The notes: generated from the letters alone by a model not told the origin. A stretch of DNA of 64,000 nt from Camelus ferus (GCF_009834535.1 NC_045696.1:88848001-88912000); one strand, 5' to 3'; positions 26,353-39,440 are shown, counted from the stretch's first letter. A program made the numbers and translations.

Positions 26353-28489
26353 CAGCTGAAGCTCCACACAAAAATTACTAGAGCTGATAAAAGAATTCAA
26401 CAAGGTAGCAGGATACAAGATTAACATACAAAAAATCAACTTCATTTCTTTACATTAACAATGCATTAGCAGGAAAAGAAAGTAAAAAAGCAATCCCTTT
26501 TAAAATCACATCCAGAACAACAAATACTTAGGAATAAGTCCAACCAAGGAGGTGAAAGGCTTATATACATGGAGAACTACAAAACATTGATTAAGGAAAT
26601 TAAAGATGACTTCAAGAAATGGAAAGATATCCCATGCTCTTGGATTGGAAGAATCAATATTGTTAAAGTGGCCATACTGTCCAAGGCAATCTATAGATTT
26701 AATGTGATCCCTATCAAACTACCTAGGATATTTTTCACAGAACTAGAACAAATAACCCTAAAATTTATGTGGAATCACAAAAGACCCAGAATTGCCAAAG
26801 CAATATTGAAGAAAAAGAACAAAGCTGGAGGAATAACCCTCCCAGACTTCAGACAGTACTATAGAGCTACAGTAATCAAAACAGCATTGTATTGGCATAA
26901 AAACAGACAAATGGATCAGTGGAACAGAATAGAGGGCCCAGAAATAAACCCACAGACCTACAATCAGTTAATCTTCAATGAAGGAGGCAGGAATGTACAA
27001 TGGAGAAAAGACAGTCTCTTCAGCAAGTGATGTTGGGATAATTGGATAGTAGCATGTAAATCAATGAATTTAGAACACTCCCTCACACCCTACACAAAAA
27101 TAAACTCAAAATGACTTGAAAACTTAAATATAAGACGAGATACAATAAAACTCCAAGAAGAAAACATAGGCAAAACATTCTCTGACATACATCTAAGCAA
27201 TGTTCTCCTAGGGCAGTCTTCCCAGGCAATAGAAATAAAAGCAAAAATAAACAAATGGGACCCAGTTAAACACAAGCTTTTGCACAGCAAAGGAAACCTT
27301 AAGCAAAACAAAATGGTAACCTATGTGGGGCAGGGTGTAACTCAAGCAGTAGAGTGTGTGCTTAGCATGCGTGAGGTCTTAGGTTTAATCCCCAGTACCT
27401 CCACCAAAATAACAAACCCTAATTACCTATCCCCTGCAACCCCCCCCCAAAAAAACCCTAAAAAATGACAACCTATAGAATGGGAGAAAATATTTGCAAA
27501 TGATGCAACCTACAAAGGCTTAATTTTTAGAGTTTATAAACGGCTCATACAACTTAATAACAAGAAAACAAACAACCCAATCCAAAAATGGGCAGACCTA
27601 AACAAGCCATTCTCCAATGAAGACATACAGATGGCCAATAGGCACATGAAAAAATGCTCAATATCACTAATTATCAGAGATATGCAAATCAAAACTATAA
27701 TGAGGTATCATCTCACACCAGTCAGAATGGCCATCATTCAAAAGTCCATAGATGATAAATGCTGGAGAGGATGTGGAGAAAAAGGAACCCTCCTACACTG
27801 CTGGTGGGAATGTAGTTTGGTGCAGCCATTATGGAAAACAGTATGGAGATTCCTCAAAGAACTATAAATAGACTTACCATATGATCCAGCATATATCTGG
27901 AGGGAACTCTAATTAGAAAAGATATGTGCACCCCAATGTTCATAGCAGCACTGTATACAATAGCCAAGACATGGAAGCAACCTAAATGTCCATAGGCAGA
28001 TGACTGGATAAAGAAGATGTGGTGTATTTATACAATGGAATACTATTCAGCCATAAAAAGAATAAAATAACGCCATTTGCAGCAACATGGATGGACCTAG
28101 AGAGACTGCCATTCTAAGTGAAGTAAGCCAGAAAGAGCCAGAATGATATCACTCATATGTGGAATCTAAAAAACAAGAAAAAAAAAGGACACTATAAACT
28201 CATCTACAAAACAGAAATAAACTCACAGACATAGTAAACAATCTTATGGTTACCAGGGAAAGAGGGTGGGAAGGGATAAATTTGGGAGTTTGAGATTTAC
28301 AAATGTTAGCCACTATATATAAAAACAGATTTAAAAAAGTTTCTGCTGTATAGCACAGGGAACTATACTCAATAACATGTAATAACCTTTAATGAAAATG
28401 AATATATGTATGTCTATGCATGACTGGGACATTGTGCTTTACACCAGAAATTGACACATTGTAACTGACTGTACTTCAATTAAAAAAAA
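26353..28489 (+). mobile_element. 5'-truncated L1 (copy A; ORF2 3' half and 3'UTR) carrying a nested SINE
   Basis: ORF 26569-27030 and ORF 27631-27867 match ORF2; poly(A); 9-bp TSD aagaatgaa at 26344-26352 and 28490-28498. Confidence 0.93.
27325..27461 (+). mobile_element. tRNA-Ala-derived SINE nested in L1 copy A
   Basis: SINE head and cctaattacc tail; 15-bp TSD aaaatggtaacctat / aaaatgacaacctat at 27310-27324 and 27462-27476. Confidence 0.9.
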
Positions 28490-29384
28490 AAGAATGAAGA
28501 ACTAAAACCTTTTATCAATTAACTCAAGGGCAAACTCTTGAAAGGTAACTGGAACTAAGGCAAATCAGTTCTGGGAAGTAAATTGGAAACTCTAGATTTT
28601 TTCTAAGGCATCTCTATCATTGATTCACTTGTAAAGTGAAGTGGGCTTTCTGCAATTAGAGGATCAATGTAACTGTGAAATGTTATCATTGAAGAAGCAG
28701 AGTTTCTTTCCTAATGCCAGACTGCTTCAGCTCTCCCTTGGCTGTGTCTGCAGAAAATCACTGCGTCACTCTGGCCAAGTAAATTAACATATCTACATCT
28801 CATTTTGCTTTTCTTTAAAATGTCGGTCTCCCCAGAAGCTGCTGGAAGAATGTATTAGACAATCATTGTAAAAGGCTTTGTGATTCTGATGTACTAGTTG
28901 CATGCTAAGTAATAAGGATTACAAATTAAGTTTCCATTGAAACTACTTTGGGGTTCCTCTGAGAATGACTGAGACCCAGAAAGAAACTCAGATGTTCTTC
29001 AGCAGCTAGGGGTTCAGAGGGGCAAGCTTTTTCACCTCATTTTAGAAAGATACATGGGAAGGACAGAATATAACATGAATTATTTATACCCTAAATAATG
29101 ATTGTTTCTACTAATGCCAGTGCATATGCATATATATTTATACATTTTATATATAATATAAAATACTATATTCATGTAGAATATAATGTTAAAAAAATAA
29201 GGTCAGATTTTAAGTAAGACTATAGTTTAAACTTTTTAAAAAAAATCACCTTTGTTCTCTAATTGATTTTGCTGGTTTTGACCACATCAGGATATGAAAA
29301 ATTAGTTCAAATAAGTTATGATTATTATCATGAGAAGAATATAAATATTAAGTCCTGTGAGAAAGGCCTACAAAATAGGTTGGG

Positions 29385-29610
29385 ATGGAAGGAGCATAGA
29401 CTTTGGAGTCAGACAGACCTGGGGTTGAAAACTGGCTCTCCTGCTTGCTGGCTGGATGGCTTTGGACAAATTACTTAACTTCCTGAGGCTCAGTTTCCTT
29501 ATCTATAAAATGAATAATAATACCTCCCTAAGAAAGGGCTGCTGTGAGGATTAAATGATATTACCTTATTCAGAGCCTGGCTGTCCATCAGGCACTTAAA
29601 AACAATAACA
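29385..29610 (+). mobile_element. MIR SINE relic
   Basis: gactttggagtcagacagacctgggg...ttacttaacttcctgaggctcagtttccttatctataaaatg. Confidence 0.85.
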
Positions 29611-30433
29611 ATTCTCTTTTAACAGAATCCTGTACCTAAACATGAGCCTAAATGATCTCGTCTTAGAGAATCTTGTCCAGCAGTTCATCAACACTTACAG
29701 AACAGAAGCAGACTGAGACTTCCACAAGTCCAAGTGCTGTGGAAAACTCTTCTGGGTTAATTGTTCTTTTCATGATAGATTTTAAGTTTCTACTAGTACT
29801 TCATGAATTTTATGCAGGAAAACCATTTTATAGGTTTTCTCAAAGCAAGTATCATTTGTATGTATATCTGTGTGTGTATATAAATATATATACATACATA
29901 TATATGTTTATTATTCTTTTTTGATAGAGAACCACTGACAGCCATGGGATATTTCATCTATTTTCAGGATATGAGAGATGAGACATCTGAGTTCTCACCC
30001 AGTCTAACAACTTTTCTTTACGGATGAGGAAACAGGCCCAGAGAATTTGGATAACTTATCAAAATAACACTGCTAGAATTATGGATAAATCTCAAGTCTC
30101 TTGACTATCAAACCAATTCTTTTAGTGACTTTACTTTTTTTTCCTCTTATTGAGGTATAATTTACATATCATTCACCAATTTTAAGTATATAAATTGATG
30201 ACTTTTAACCAATGCATGCAGTCTACATGCCTACCATAATAAAACTGTAAACATACCACTCAGTGCTTTTAAACTATTTGTCACATCCACTCAATTTTTC
30301 ACAATTAAAGTATGCATATTTATAATTGTTTTTTTTTGCAGTTTTAAAGTTATAGGTGTATATAAAATAAAATATAAGTACAGCTTATTCCACTCCCTGT
30401 TCTGCTCCCCAGAGTTAGCTCTTAAAAATTATT

Positions 30434-30567
30434 GGGGGGTGAGGGTATAGCTCAAGTGACAGAGTGCATGCTTAGCATGTGTGAGGTCTGAGTTCAATCC
30501 CCAGTACCTCCTCTAAGAATAAATAAATAAACCTAATTACCTCCCCCCACCAAATAAATAAATAAAT
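30434..30567 (+). mobile_element. tRNA-Ala-derived SINE, long form
   Basis: gggtatagctcaagtg...gttcaatccccagtacctcc, cctaattacctcccc tail; near-TSD aaattattg/aaactattg. Confidence 0.9.
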
Positions 30568-31052
30568 AAACTATTGAAAAGTCTCAAACACTTTACATTT
30601 TCTTAAGATGAATGATATTATATTATACAAATTTTGGTTAGAAACTTGATTATATCATCTATTATATATACACATATACATATATATTGATATATGTGTG
30701 GATAAATGCATATCTGTTTTGGTCTACTAGCATTAAATATATATAGTTTCCTAAAGAGTGACACGGAATCTCATTTGTGTCTTTTCTATGTTCCATTAGC
30801 CTGGAAACTTATTTTCCCCTCTCCTTCTTTGTCTAAAACAAAACTCAGTTTGAATTAGTTTTTAGTTTTATATACCAAGGGAGAACTCTGTGCTTAATTA
30901 TAAAATAATATTTAATGATTTTTTCTTTTGCCTCTTTACTTTCTAAGTTTCTCTACTTTGTATAATCTTTTCAGGGAGTATTTTATTATTCTTTGTATTC
31001 CTCAAACTGAGAACTTTTGGCAAAATAAACACTTGGTTTTTGTTTTCTTCCA

Positions 31053-32531
31053 GTTTTATTGAGGTATAACTGACATATAGCACTGTATAAATTTAAGATG
31101 TACTGCATAATGATTTGACTTACATACATCATGAAATGATTATCACAATAAGTATAGTGAACATCCATCATCTCATGTAGGTACAAAATTAAAGAAATAT
31201 AATTTTTTTCTTTTTTCTTCATGACTTTTTAGAAGAATTTCTGTTGAGGTGCAGTTGATTACAGTGTTGTATTCGTTTCAGGTTGCAGCAAAGTGACTCA
31301 GTTATACATACGTATATATATTTATTCCTTTTCAGATTCTTTTCCTTTATAGGTTATTACAGGATGTTGAATATAGTTCCCAGTGCTAAACAGTAGGTCC
31401 TTGTTGTTTATCTATTTTGTATATAGTAGTGTGTATCTGTTAATCCCAATCTCCTAATTTATCCGTCCCCTCTGCCCTTTCTTCTTTGATTAGTGCCTTT
31501 AAATAAAACTTAAAAGGCAATACAACACATTGCTGCTTTTTTTCCCCCCTCAGACTGGAGTTTTTTGGGGAGGAGGTTACATATTTATTTAGCTGAAGTA
31601 TAGTCAATTTACAGTGTTGTGTTAGTTTCTGGTGTACAGCATAGTGATTGACTTATACATATACATACATTCCTTTTCATATTCTTTCTCATTAGAGGTT
31701 ACTATAAGATATTGAATATAGTTCCCTGTGGTATACGGTAGGTCTTTGTTGCTTATGTATTTTGTGTATAGTAGTTAGTATCTGCAAATCCCAAATTCCC
31801 AATTTATCCCTCCCTACCCCCTTTCCCCAACCCCATAACCATAAGTTTGTTTTCTTTTTTTAACTTTATTTATTTATTTATTTATTTTACAATATCGTAT
31901 TTTTTAAATTGAAGTATGGTTGATGTACAATATTATATGTTACAGGTATACAATATAGGGATTCACAATTTTTAAAGGTTATACTCCATTTATAGTTATT
32001 ATAAAATATTGACTATATTCCCCATGTTGTACAATACATCCTTGTAGCTTACTTTATTTTATGAGTATTAAAATTTTTTGATATTTACGTTTTCATTAAG
32101 ATAAAATATACATAATAGAAAAGTTACCATTTTAATCATTTAAAGTGTGCAATTCAGTGGCATTAACTACATTCACAGTGTTGTGTAACTATCACCACTG
32201 TTTATTTCCAAAATTTTTCCAGCATCCAAAACAAAAACTCTGTACTCATTAAGCAATGATCTACCCCCATCACTCCAGACACTGGTAACTTTTATTCTAC
32301 TTACTTTCTCTATAAACTTGACTATTCTAGATACCTCTTGTTAACCATCACATCATAAAAGTGGAATCTTACAGTATTTGTCCTTTTGTATCTGCCTGAT
32401 TTCACTTAGCATAATGTTTTTGAGGTTCATGCATATTGTAGTATGGATCAGAAGTTCATTCTTTTTATGGCTGAATAATATTCCATTGTGCATATATGCC
32501 ATATTTTGCCTACTCATCTGCTGATGGACAC
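31053..32531 (-). mobile_element. Cluster of about five L1 3'-end fragments of different ages
   Basis: Separate L1 termini begin near 31055, 31243, 31593, 31908 and 32095 (ttgaggtata / tgaagtata motifs). Confidence 0.8.
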
Positions 32532-33459
32532 AACACACCACTGCATTTTTTAAAAAGGAGTGCTCAATACAAAAATTAATGGATTTTTCTTAAGGCTATT
32601 AGTGTGTGTGACTTTTTCGTTTTTGAAGGGAGGGAGGGATAGTTTAACAAAATTGAATTTTGCTATATATAATGATTGGAAACAACATTAAATTTATGAT
32701 GACATAAGTGAATGAATAATGGAACAGTTGTCTGGAATTTTAAAAAGTTACCTGGCAGTATATAAAGAAAGACTGACTACTAGCATGGATGATATATACT
32801 AAAAGTCCCTTTTAGTGAAGATTATGCTTCATACTTAAGTAAAACAATTCCCTGAAAAATTCACGTTTCTTTCCTTATCTACATTGAGTCTTGGGCTGTG
32901 TCTCTGAGAGGTCACACATCTTGATGAAAACTAGAAAGTAAGGTAACCATCAAGATGTTGATATAAACACATTGTAAATGAAGGAATAAGCATGCAGTTG
33001 TAATCAGAGAAGTTATACCTGTTGACTTTCACTGCAATATTATATTTACATGGTAAATTGACATAGTAAAGCCATTCCAACTGTTGCAATATTGCACAAC
33101 CACTAAAATTCATGATCTTGAAGATAATGTGGCAACATGGGGGAAAATGTTTGTGTTCTAATATTTCAGTAGGAAATAAGTATTCGTTGTCAAGTAATTT
33201 TTATAGAAAAGAATTCGGCACAGAAAAGGAACAAAAAGGAAATATACCAAAATAATAACAGTGGCTATGTTAGACTGGCGACAGTATAAGTGCTTCTTCC
33301 TTATCTCTAGTTATATTCTGTAATGGAAAAACATTTTTACAAGTGCAAAGAAAAAAGAGTTCTAGAAAAGAAAGTATAGTAAACATCTGTTGTTCATGAC
33401 AACCTCAAATCTGCTAAAAAAAAAAAAAAAAAAAAACCCCACCCCACATCTTAGAGTTC

Positions 33460-33840
33460 CCCATGCTGTGAATTCTATCCTCCTGAAGTAAATTCTAAAA
33501 TTTAACATTTTCTAATCTCCCTAGCCTGAGTCTAGGGTGAGATCCTGTAACTTAGTCGCACCTGTCAGAAACTACCTGTAAAGCAGACAAGGCCCAGACA
33601 TCCATTCTGCTGACACAACTGGCTTCATTGTCATGGTTCTTAGGTCAGCAGTGGGAATAGTAGCTTCCCTATAGCAACAAAGACTGGTGGGTTCTAGGAT
33701 TGGTGGTAGCTCGGCCTAGAACCTGTTCTTCCAGCCTTTCCAATGATTACCAGGGCTTTCTAATCTCTCTTCATAAATCCCATCTCATTTAAATGACCTA
33801 GACTTGATTCTTTTGTCTACACCTAAGAATGCTAACAAGG
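33460..33840 (+). mobile_element. Old ERVL LTR fragment (LTR33-like)
   Basis: cttccagcctttccaatgatt...taaatccc...gattcttttgtctacacctaaga resembles an ERVL LTR 3' end. Confidence 0.45.
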
Positions 33841-33959
33841 TAGGCTCACGGAACTAGAATTCACCTAAGAAAAGAAGGAGAGGTGACGTAATTAAAGACA
33901 AGATCATTCTGAACTGCAAAAGAACATTGTGATGGAATAAAAGGCCTTTTTAGTGGGTA

Positions 33960-34265
33960 AATGCCGTGAGTGTCATTTCCAGGCAAAGCATCTAAGAGTT
34001 AATATGTGACCCTGAAGCTCCCTCTTTTGCTACAGCAGCTGTGGGGGCCTCATGTTCCAAATGATGCAAACACAAGATGTTGGATTCCCCATCAGCCCAG
34101 GTACTTGAGAGACTGTGTGGAAGACAGCCCCCTACTGATCCAGATAGTGCATGTACCATGAGCCAAAAATTAGCCTCTGTTTAAATCCGGCCTCTGAGAT
34201 TTGAATTTGGGAGTTAATTTGTTATTATGGCGTTGCCTAGCCTAACCAAACCTAATTGATACACA
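33960..34265 (+). mobile_element. Old MaLR LTR fragment (MLT1J-like)
   Basis: catcagcccaggtacttgagagactgtgtgga...ctgagatttg...tttgttattatggc...cctagcctaac. Confidence 0.55.
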
Positions 34266-36249
34266 ATGGTGTCCTAAATGGGATGTGCTTAATGATCAAA
34301 ATAAATAAATATATACATTTGAAAGCCTTGTATGATTACAGAACATTTTATCTAATAAAAGTAAATCAAATAACCACAGATTAAGGAGTTGTCATGTTTC
34401 ACTGAGTAACAATATCTGGGTTTACCTGAAAGCAAAAACAACAACAAAAATGTAATTCATTGTGAAAACCCTAAATAGTTAATGATCTTAAAAACAACAG
34501 ATAGGTTATGCGTTTCAGTTCTCACAATATAAAAAAAGAATTTGTGATGCATATGAGTTTTATTAAGATAACCTCCCCAAAAGCAGCATGTAAGAATAAA
34601 AAAAGCAAATCACATTTACTTATTGTGAAATTCTTGATGGTCTGCAGAGAGAAGTGTGAGAAAATTGCTAACAGGATTTGTTGAAATTGCTTTGGGTAAA
34701 ACTAAAGGAAACGTGAACACAAAACTCATTTGAACAGATTCATCAATGTCTGCTTGTTTTTGCAGCCCTTTTCCTTTTCAAATGCCTGTACAACAGTAGT
34801 TTTTTTTTTTTTCTCCTCAGTAGTAAATGACCTTTATTCCATAAAATGTATGAGATTCTTTACCTGAAATAGCCACTGACAAGTTTATTTTCTGTCTATT
34901 ATAATCAGCACCACTCTGCACTGAGTGATCTGGGGCACTGGGCCAGCCCTGGCAGAGGAAATCATCATCGTAATTCTGTTGTTTGAATGTTCCCAGTGTT
35001 CAAACACCCTAATAAATGATCCTTTACTCTGTCTTAAAGACTAAAGGGTTTTTGAAAGATTGGCTTTGTTTTGTTTTGTCTGTAGTAGAAAAGATCAAAT
35101 AAGAGAACTTGGGATTAAAGTAAGAGAGATTTCTATGGGACATAAAAAAGTACTGCCAGACTACCAGAATGAAAAAATACTGGAATGGATTATTGAGAGA
35201 GAATACCTGGTCTTTTATCAGGCACATCATTAAGAAAAACTACCTTTCTAGGTCTAAAGACCTAGTCTTTCTAAAGACAAGTTCAGATACTCTCTCATAC
35301 ATAGTCCTTTCCAGCTGTATGGTTTTAATCATTTAAGACTAACGTCTCTTTGGAATTTTCTTGGCTTCTCTTGTTCTCATTTATATCATTCAGTGTCTCT
35401 GTTTGACTGGTATTGCTGGGTGGTGATCGATGTCCCTTCTCTGGCTAAGTGAACACACACACACATACGTATACACACACTATACAGAACAGGGAGTCAA
35501 ATAATTCTCAGTTCAAGCATTGCACAGATTCCAAATTGTGTGAGTCTGGTAGAGGAGAGAAGTTCACCACTGCCCTCCTTGTCAATCTGATTCATCTCTG
35601 AGCATGGTCCATGAGCACAGACCTCACTGACCTGACCTTGAGGGTATGCCCAATGGATGTCTTTGGCAATGGGAAGTGTCCTCATAGACCATTTGTCTCT
35701 CATCGCACCATGCCCTTCTCCCCCATCCTCTCTGTGCTTTCACTTACTTCTGTTCTGCCCTAGATAGTCCCCACTTTCCTCCTCTAGGAGTGGTCTTTTC
35801 CCAACATTAGCAAGTCTTTGGTCTCTTGTTGTGACCTGGAGATTCTCTCAGTCCCTGCCTCTGGCTATGAGTCACAATTGCTTTCTTCCACCTGTTCTGG
35901 CTGCTAGATAGGAGAAAACAGAAAGTTTAGATCCTGAAGTGGAGATGTGGTCAGAAGGACATGGGCTGTAGAGGTTTGCTTTCTATTTAGTTTCTTTTCT
36001 GTCTCTGCTTTGACCAACCCACTTAAAAATTCAGACATCTTGCATCATATGGTTAATATATATGGGAGTCATATCACCCTTGCTACTCTAACTTACGACC
36101 TTGTCAATCAAATGAGCACCAGTTTTCTCCCAACCCTGTGTAACATTGCAAGGTCCTCTTTTATTAATTAGTCTTGGGACTAGCCATTGTCCTCCACAAA
36201 GAGTTGAAGGAAAGACAATCTCTTCATACACAAAAGGTCTTAGGAAGTT

Positions 36250-36453
36250 ACGGAGGTTGACAAACTGTGGCTACAGTCTATGAGCCAATTCCATCCCAGT
36301 AAAGTTTTTTGGACATAGCCATGCCCATTATTGTCTATCACTGCTTTTGCTCTCCAACAGCTAAGTTGAGTAGTTACAACAGTAACCTTATGGTCCACAA
36401 AACCTAAAATATTTACTATCTGGCTCTTTATAGAAAAAGTTTGCCGACCCCTG
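36250..36453. mobile_element. hAT DNA transposon MER58A-like
   Basis: Ends ...cctaaaatatttactatctggctctttatagaaaaagtttgccgacccctg; degenerate TIR ggttgacaaact at the left end. Confidence 0.85.
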
Positions 36454-37409
36454 ATGCAGTATATCACATCTAAAAGGAAGACCACTTCAATCAGAAGGAT
36501 TACTCTTAGCTGCTGCTTCTAAGGTGTTGGGGTAGCTTTTTTCTTTTTATCTTTTGAATAGGAGACTTAGGCTCTTGAGAAGTTAATCTTTTCATTTTTC
36601 TTTCCCTATACCCTGCATGTCTTCACTGTGGCTAAAAGAGTTCTCATTTTTAAGTGGCAGGATCTATACAATTAACATATTTTTTTGTCACTACCAAAAA
36701 TTTATCTTAGATGGGCAAGTTCATAAATGTGAAACCTTGGAGTTGCTCTTGACTCTCCCTCTTCATTGCTCTAACCATGTCAAACTGGTCACCAAGTTCT
36801 GTTGCTTCTACCTCCTAAATGTCTTCCACAGTACCCCTTTCTCGGTTCTCAGTACCATACTTGAAGCCCTTATGGCTCACTCACCTCCTACTTACTCTCT
36901 TGGCCTCCAAGCCATCCCCCATTTACTAAGTCATTCTCACTATATGTATAGTGCACCCCGCTCCACTAAATCACTCACCACATGTACAGCCTCCCTCAAC
37001 ACATACTAGTCATGTATACCTCACTACATGTATGCCTCTAATCTCAGAATTGGGCTTCTGTGTCATTAAATAGCACTACTCTTTCTCTAGTCACTCAAGC
37101 GAGAAACCAAGGAATCATCTTTGATTTACCATTTTCCTTCACACCCCACACCTGATTAATCAGCAAGCCCTGTCAGTTCTATTTCCAAAATTTTATAGTG
37201 ATTTTAACACTTGGCGTTAGAGAGGGTTGAATTGGCACTTAGAGTTCCCAGATCCATTTAAGAATGAATCAAAGGTAAACACAGAAGTCACACAAATAGA
37301 GATCAAAATAACACCTTTATCAGTCATAGAGCTAATATTGATAGCTTATTCTTCTACTAGCAGGTGTACACATCCTAATACTGTGAACCCACAGCCAGTC
37401 AGCCTTCTT

Positions 37410-39440
37410 TCTTTATTTTTATTTTTAATTTTTTTAATTAAAGTATAGTCGGTTACAATGTGTCAGTTTCTGGTGTACAGCACAATGTCCCAGTCATGCA
37501 TATACATACATATATTCATTTTCATATTCTTTTTCATTAAAGGTTATTACATGTTATTGAGTATAGTTCCCTGTGCTATACAGCAGAAACTTTTTTAAAT
37601 CTATTTTTTATATATAGTGGCTAACATTTGTAAATCTCAAACTCCCAAATTTATCCCTTCCCACCCCCTTTCCCTAGTAACCATAAGATTGTTTACTATG
37701 TCTGTGAATCTGTTTCTGTTTTGCAGGTGAGTTCATAGTTTCCTTTTTTTTTTTCTTTCTTTTTTTTTTTTTTAAAGATTCCATATATGAGTGATAACAT
37801 TCTGGCTCTTTCAGGCTTACTTCACTTAGAATGGCAGTCTCTCTAGGTCCATCCGTGTTGCTGCAAATGGCATTATTTTATTCTTTTTTATGGCCGAGTA
37901 GTATTCCATTGTATAAATATACCACATCTTCTTTATCCAGTCATCTGTCATGGACGTTTAGGTTGCTTCCATGTCTTGGCTATTGTATATAGTGCTGCTA
38001 TGAACATTGGGGTGCATGTATCTTTTCAAATTAGATATATGCTGGATCATATGGTAAGTCTATTTACTGTTTTCCATAATGGAATCTCCATACTGTTTTC
38101 CATAATGGCTGCACCAAACTACATTCCCATCAGCAGTATAGGAGGGTTCCCTTTTCTCCACACCCTCTCCAGCATTTATCATTCATGGACTTTTGAACAA
38201 TGGCCATTCTGACTGGTGTGAGATGATACCTCATTATAGTTTTGATTTACATTTCTCTGATAATTAGTGATATGGAGCATTTTTTCATGTGCCTATTGGC
38301 TATTTGTATGTCTTCACTGGAGAATTGTTTATTTAGGTCTTCTGCGCATTTTTGGATTGGGTTTTTTTTGTTGTTCTTATTAAGTTGTATGAGCTGTTTA
38401 TATATTCTGAAAATTAAGCCTTTGTCAGTCACATCATTTGCAAAGATTTTCTCCCATTCCATAGGTTGTCATTTTGTTTTGCTTATGGTTTCCTTTGCTG
38501 TGCAAAAGCTTGTAAGTTTAATTAGGTCCTATTTGTTAATTTTTACTTTTATTTCTATTGCCTGGGTAGACTGCCCTAAGAGAACATTGCTAACAATTTA
38601 TATCATAGAATGTTTTGCCTATGTTTTTTCCTAGGAGGTTTATCATGTCTTGTCTTGTATTTAAGTCTATAAGCCATTTTGAGTTTACTTTTGTGTAGGG
38701 TGTGAGGGAGTATTCTAACTTCATTGATTTACATGCTACTATCTGGTTTTCCCAACACCACTTGCTGAAGAGACTGTCTTTTCTCCATTGTATGTTCTTG
38801 CTTACTTTGTTGAAGATTAATTGACTGTAGGTCTGTGGGTTTATTTCTGGACTCCCTATTCGGTTCCATTGATGCATATATCTGTTTTTATGCCAATACC
38901 ATGCTGTTTTGATTACTGTGGCTCTGTAGTATTGTCTAACGTCTGGGAGGGTTATTCCTCCAGCTTTGTTCTTTTTCTTCAATATTCCTTTGGCAATTCT
39001 GGGTCTTTTGTGATTCCACATAAATTTTAGGATTATGTGTTCTAGTTCTGTGAAAAATGTTCTAGGTACTTTGATAGGAATCACATTAAGTCTGTAGATT
39101 GCCTTGGGCGGTATGACCTTTTTAACAATATGACTCTTCCAATCCAAGAGCATGAGATATCTTTCCATTTCTTGAGGTCATCTTTAATTTCCTTAATCAA
39201 TGTTTTGTAGTTCTCCATGTATATAAGTCTTTTACCTTCTTGGTCAGATTTTTTTCCTCAGTATTTTATTATTTCCTTCCCTTTGCTGACTTTTGGTTTT
39301 GTTTGATCTTCTTCTTCTACCTCTTTTAGGTGATAGGTTAGGTTTTTTACTTGAGATTGTTCTTCTTTTTTGAGGAAGGCCTGTATCGTTATGAACCTCC
39401 TTCGTGGGACTGCTTTTGCCGTATCCCATAAATTTTATGT
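37410..39440 (-). mobile_element. 5'-truncated, internally deleted L1 (copy B)
   Basis: Minus ORFs 38590-39168 and 38247-38462 match ORF2; poly(T) on the left; 9-bp TSD agccttctt at 37401-37409 and 39441-39449. Confidence 0.93.

Noticed and set aside
29626..29760. Exon-like segment on + (ttag|AGAATC...TCTGG|gttaat)
   Set aside because: Weak donor, ambiguous acceptor and frame, peptide not recognised.
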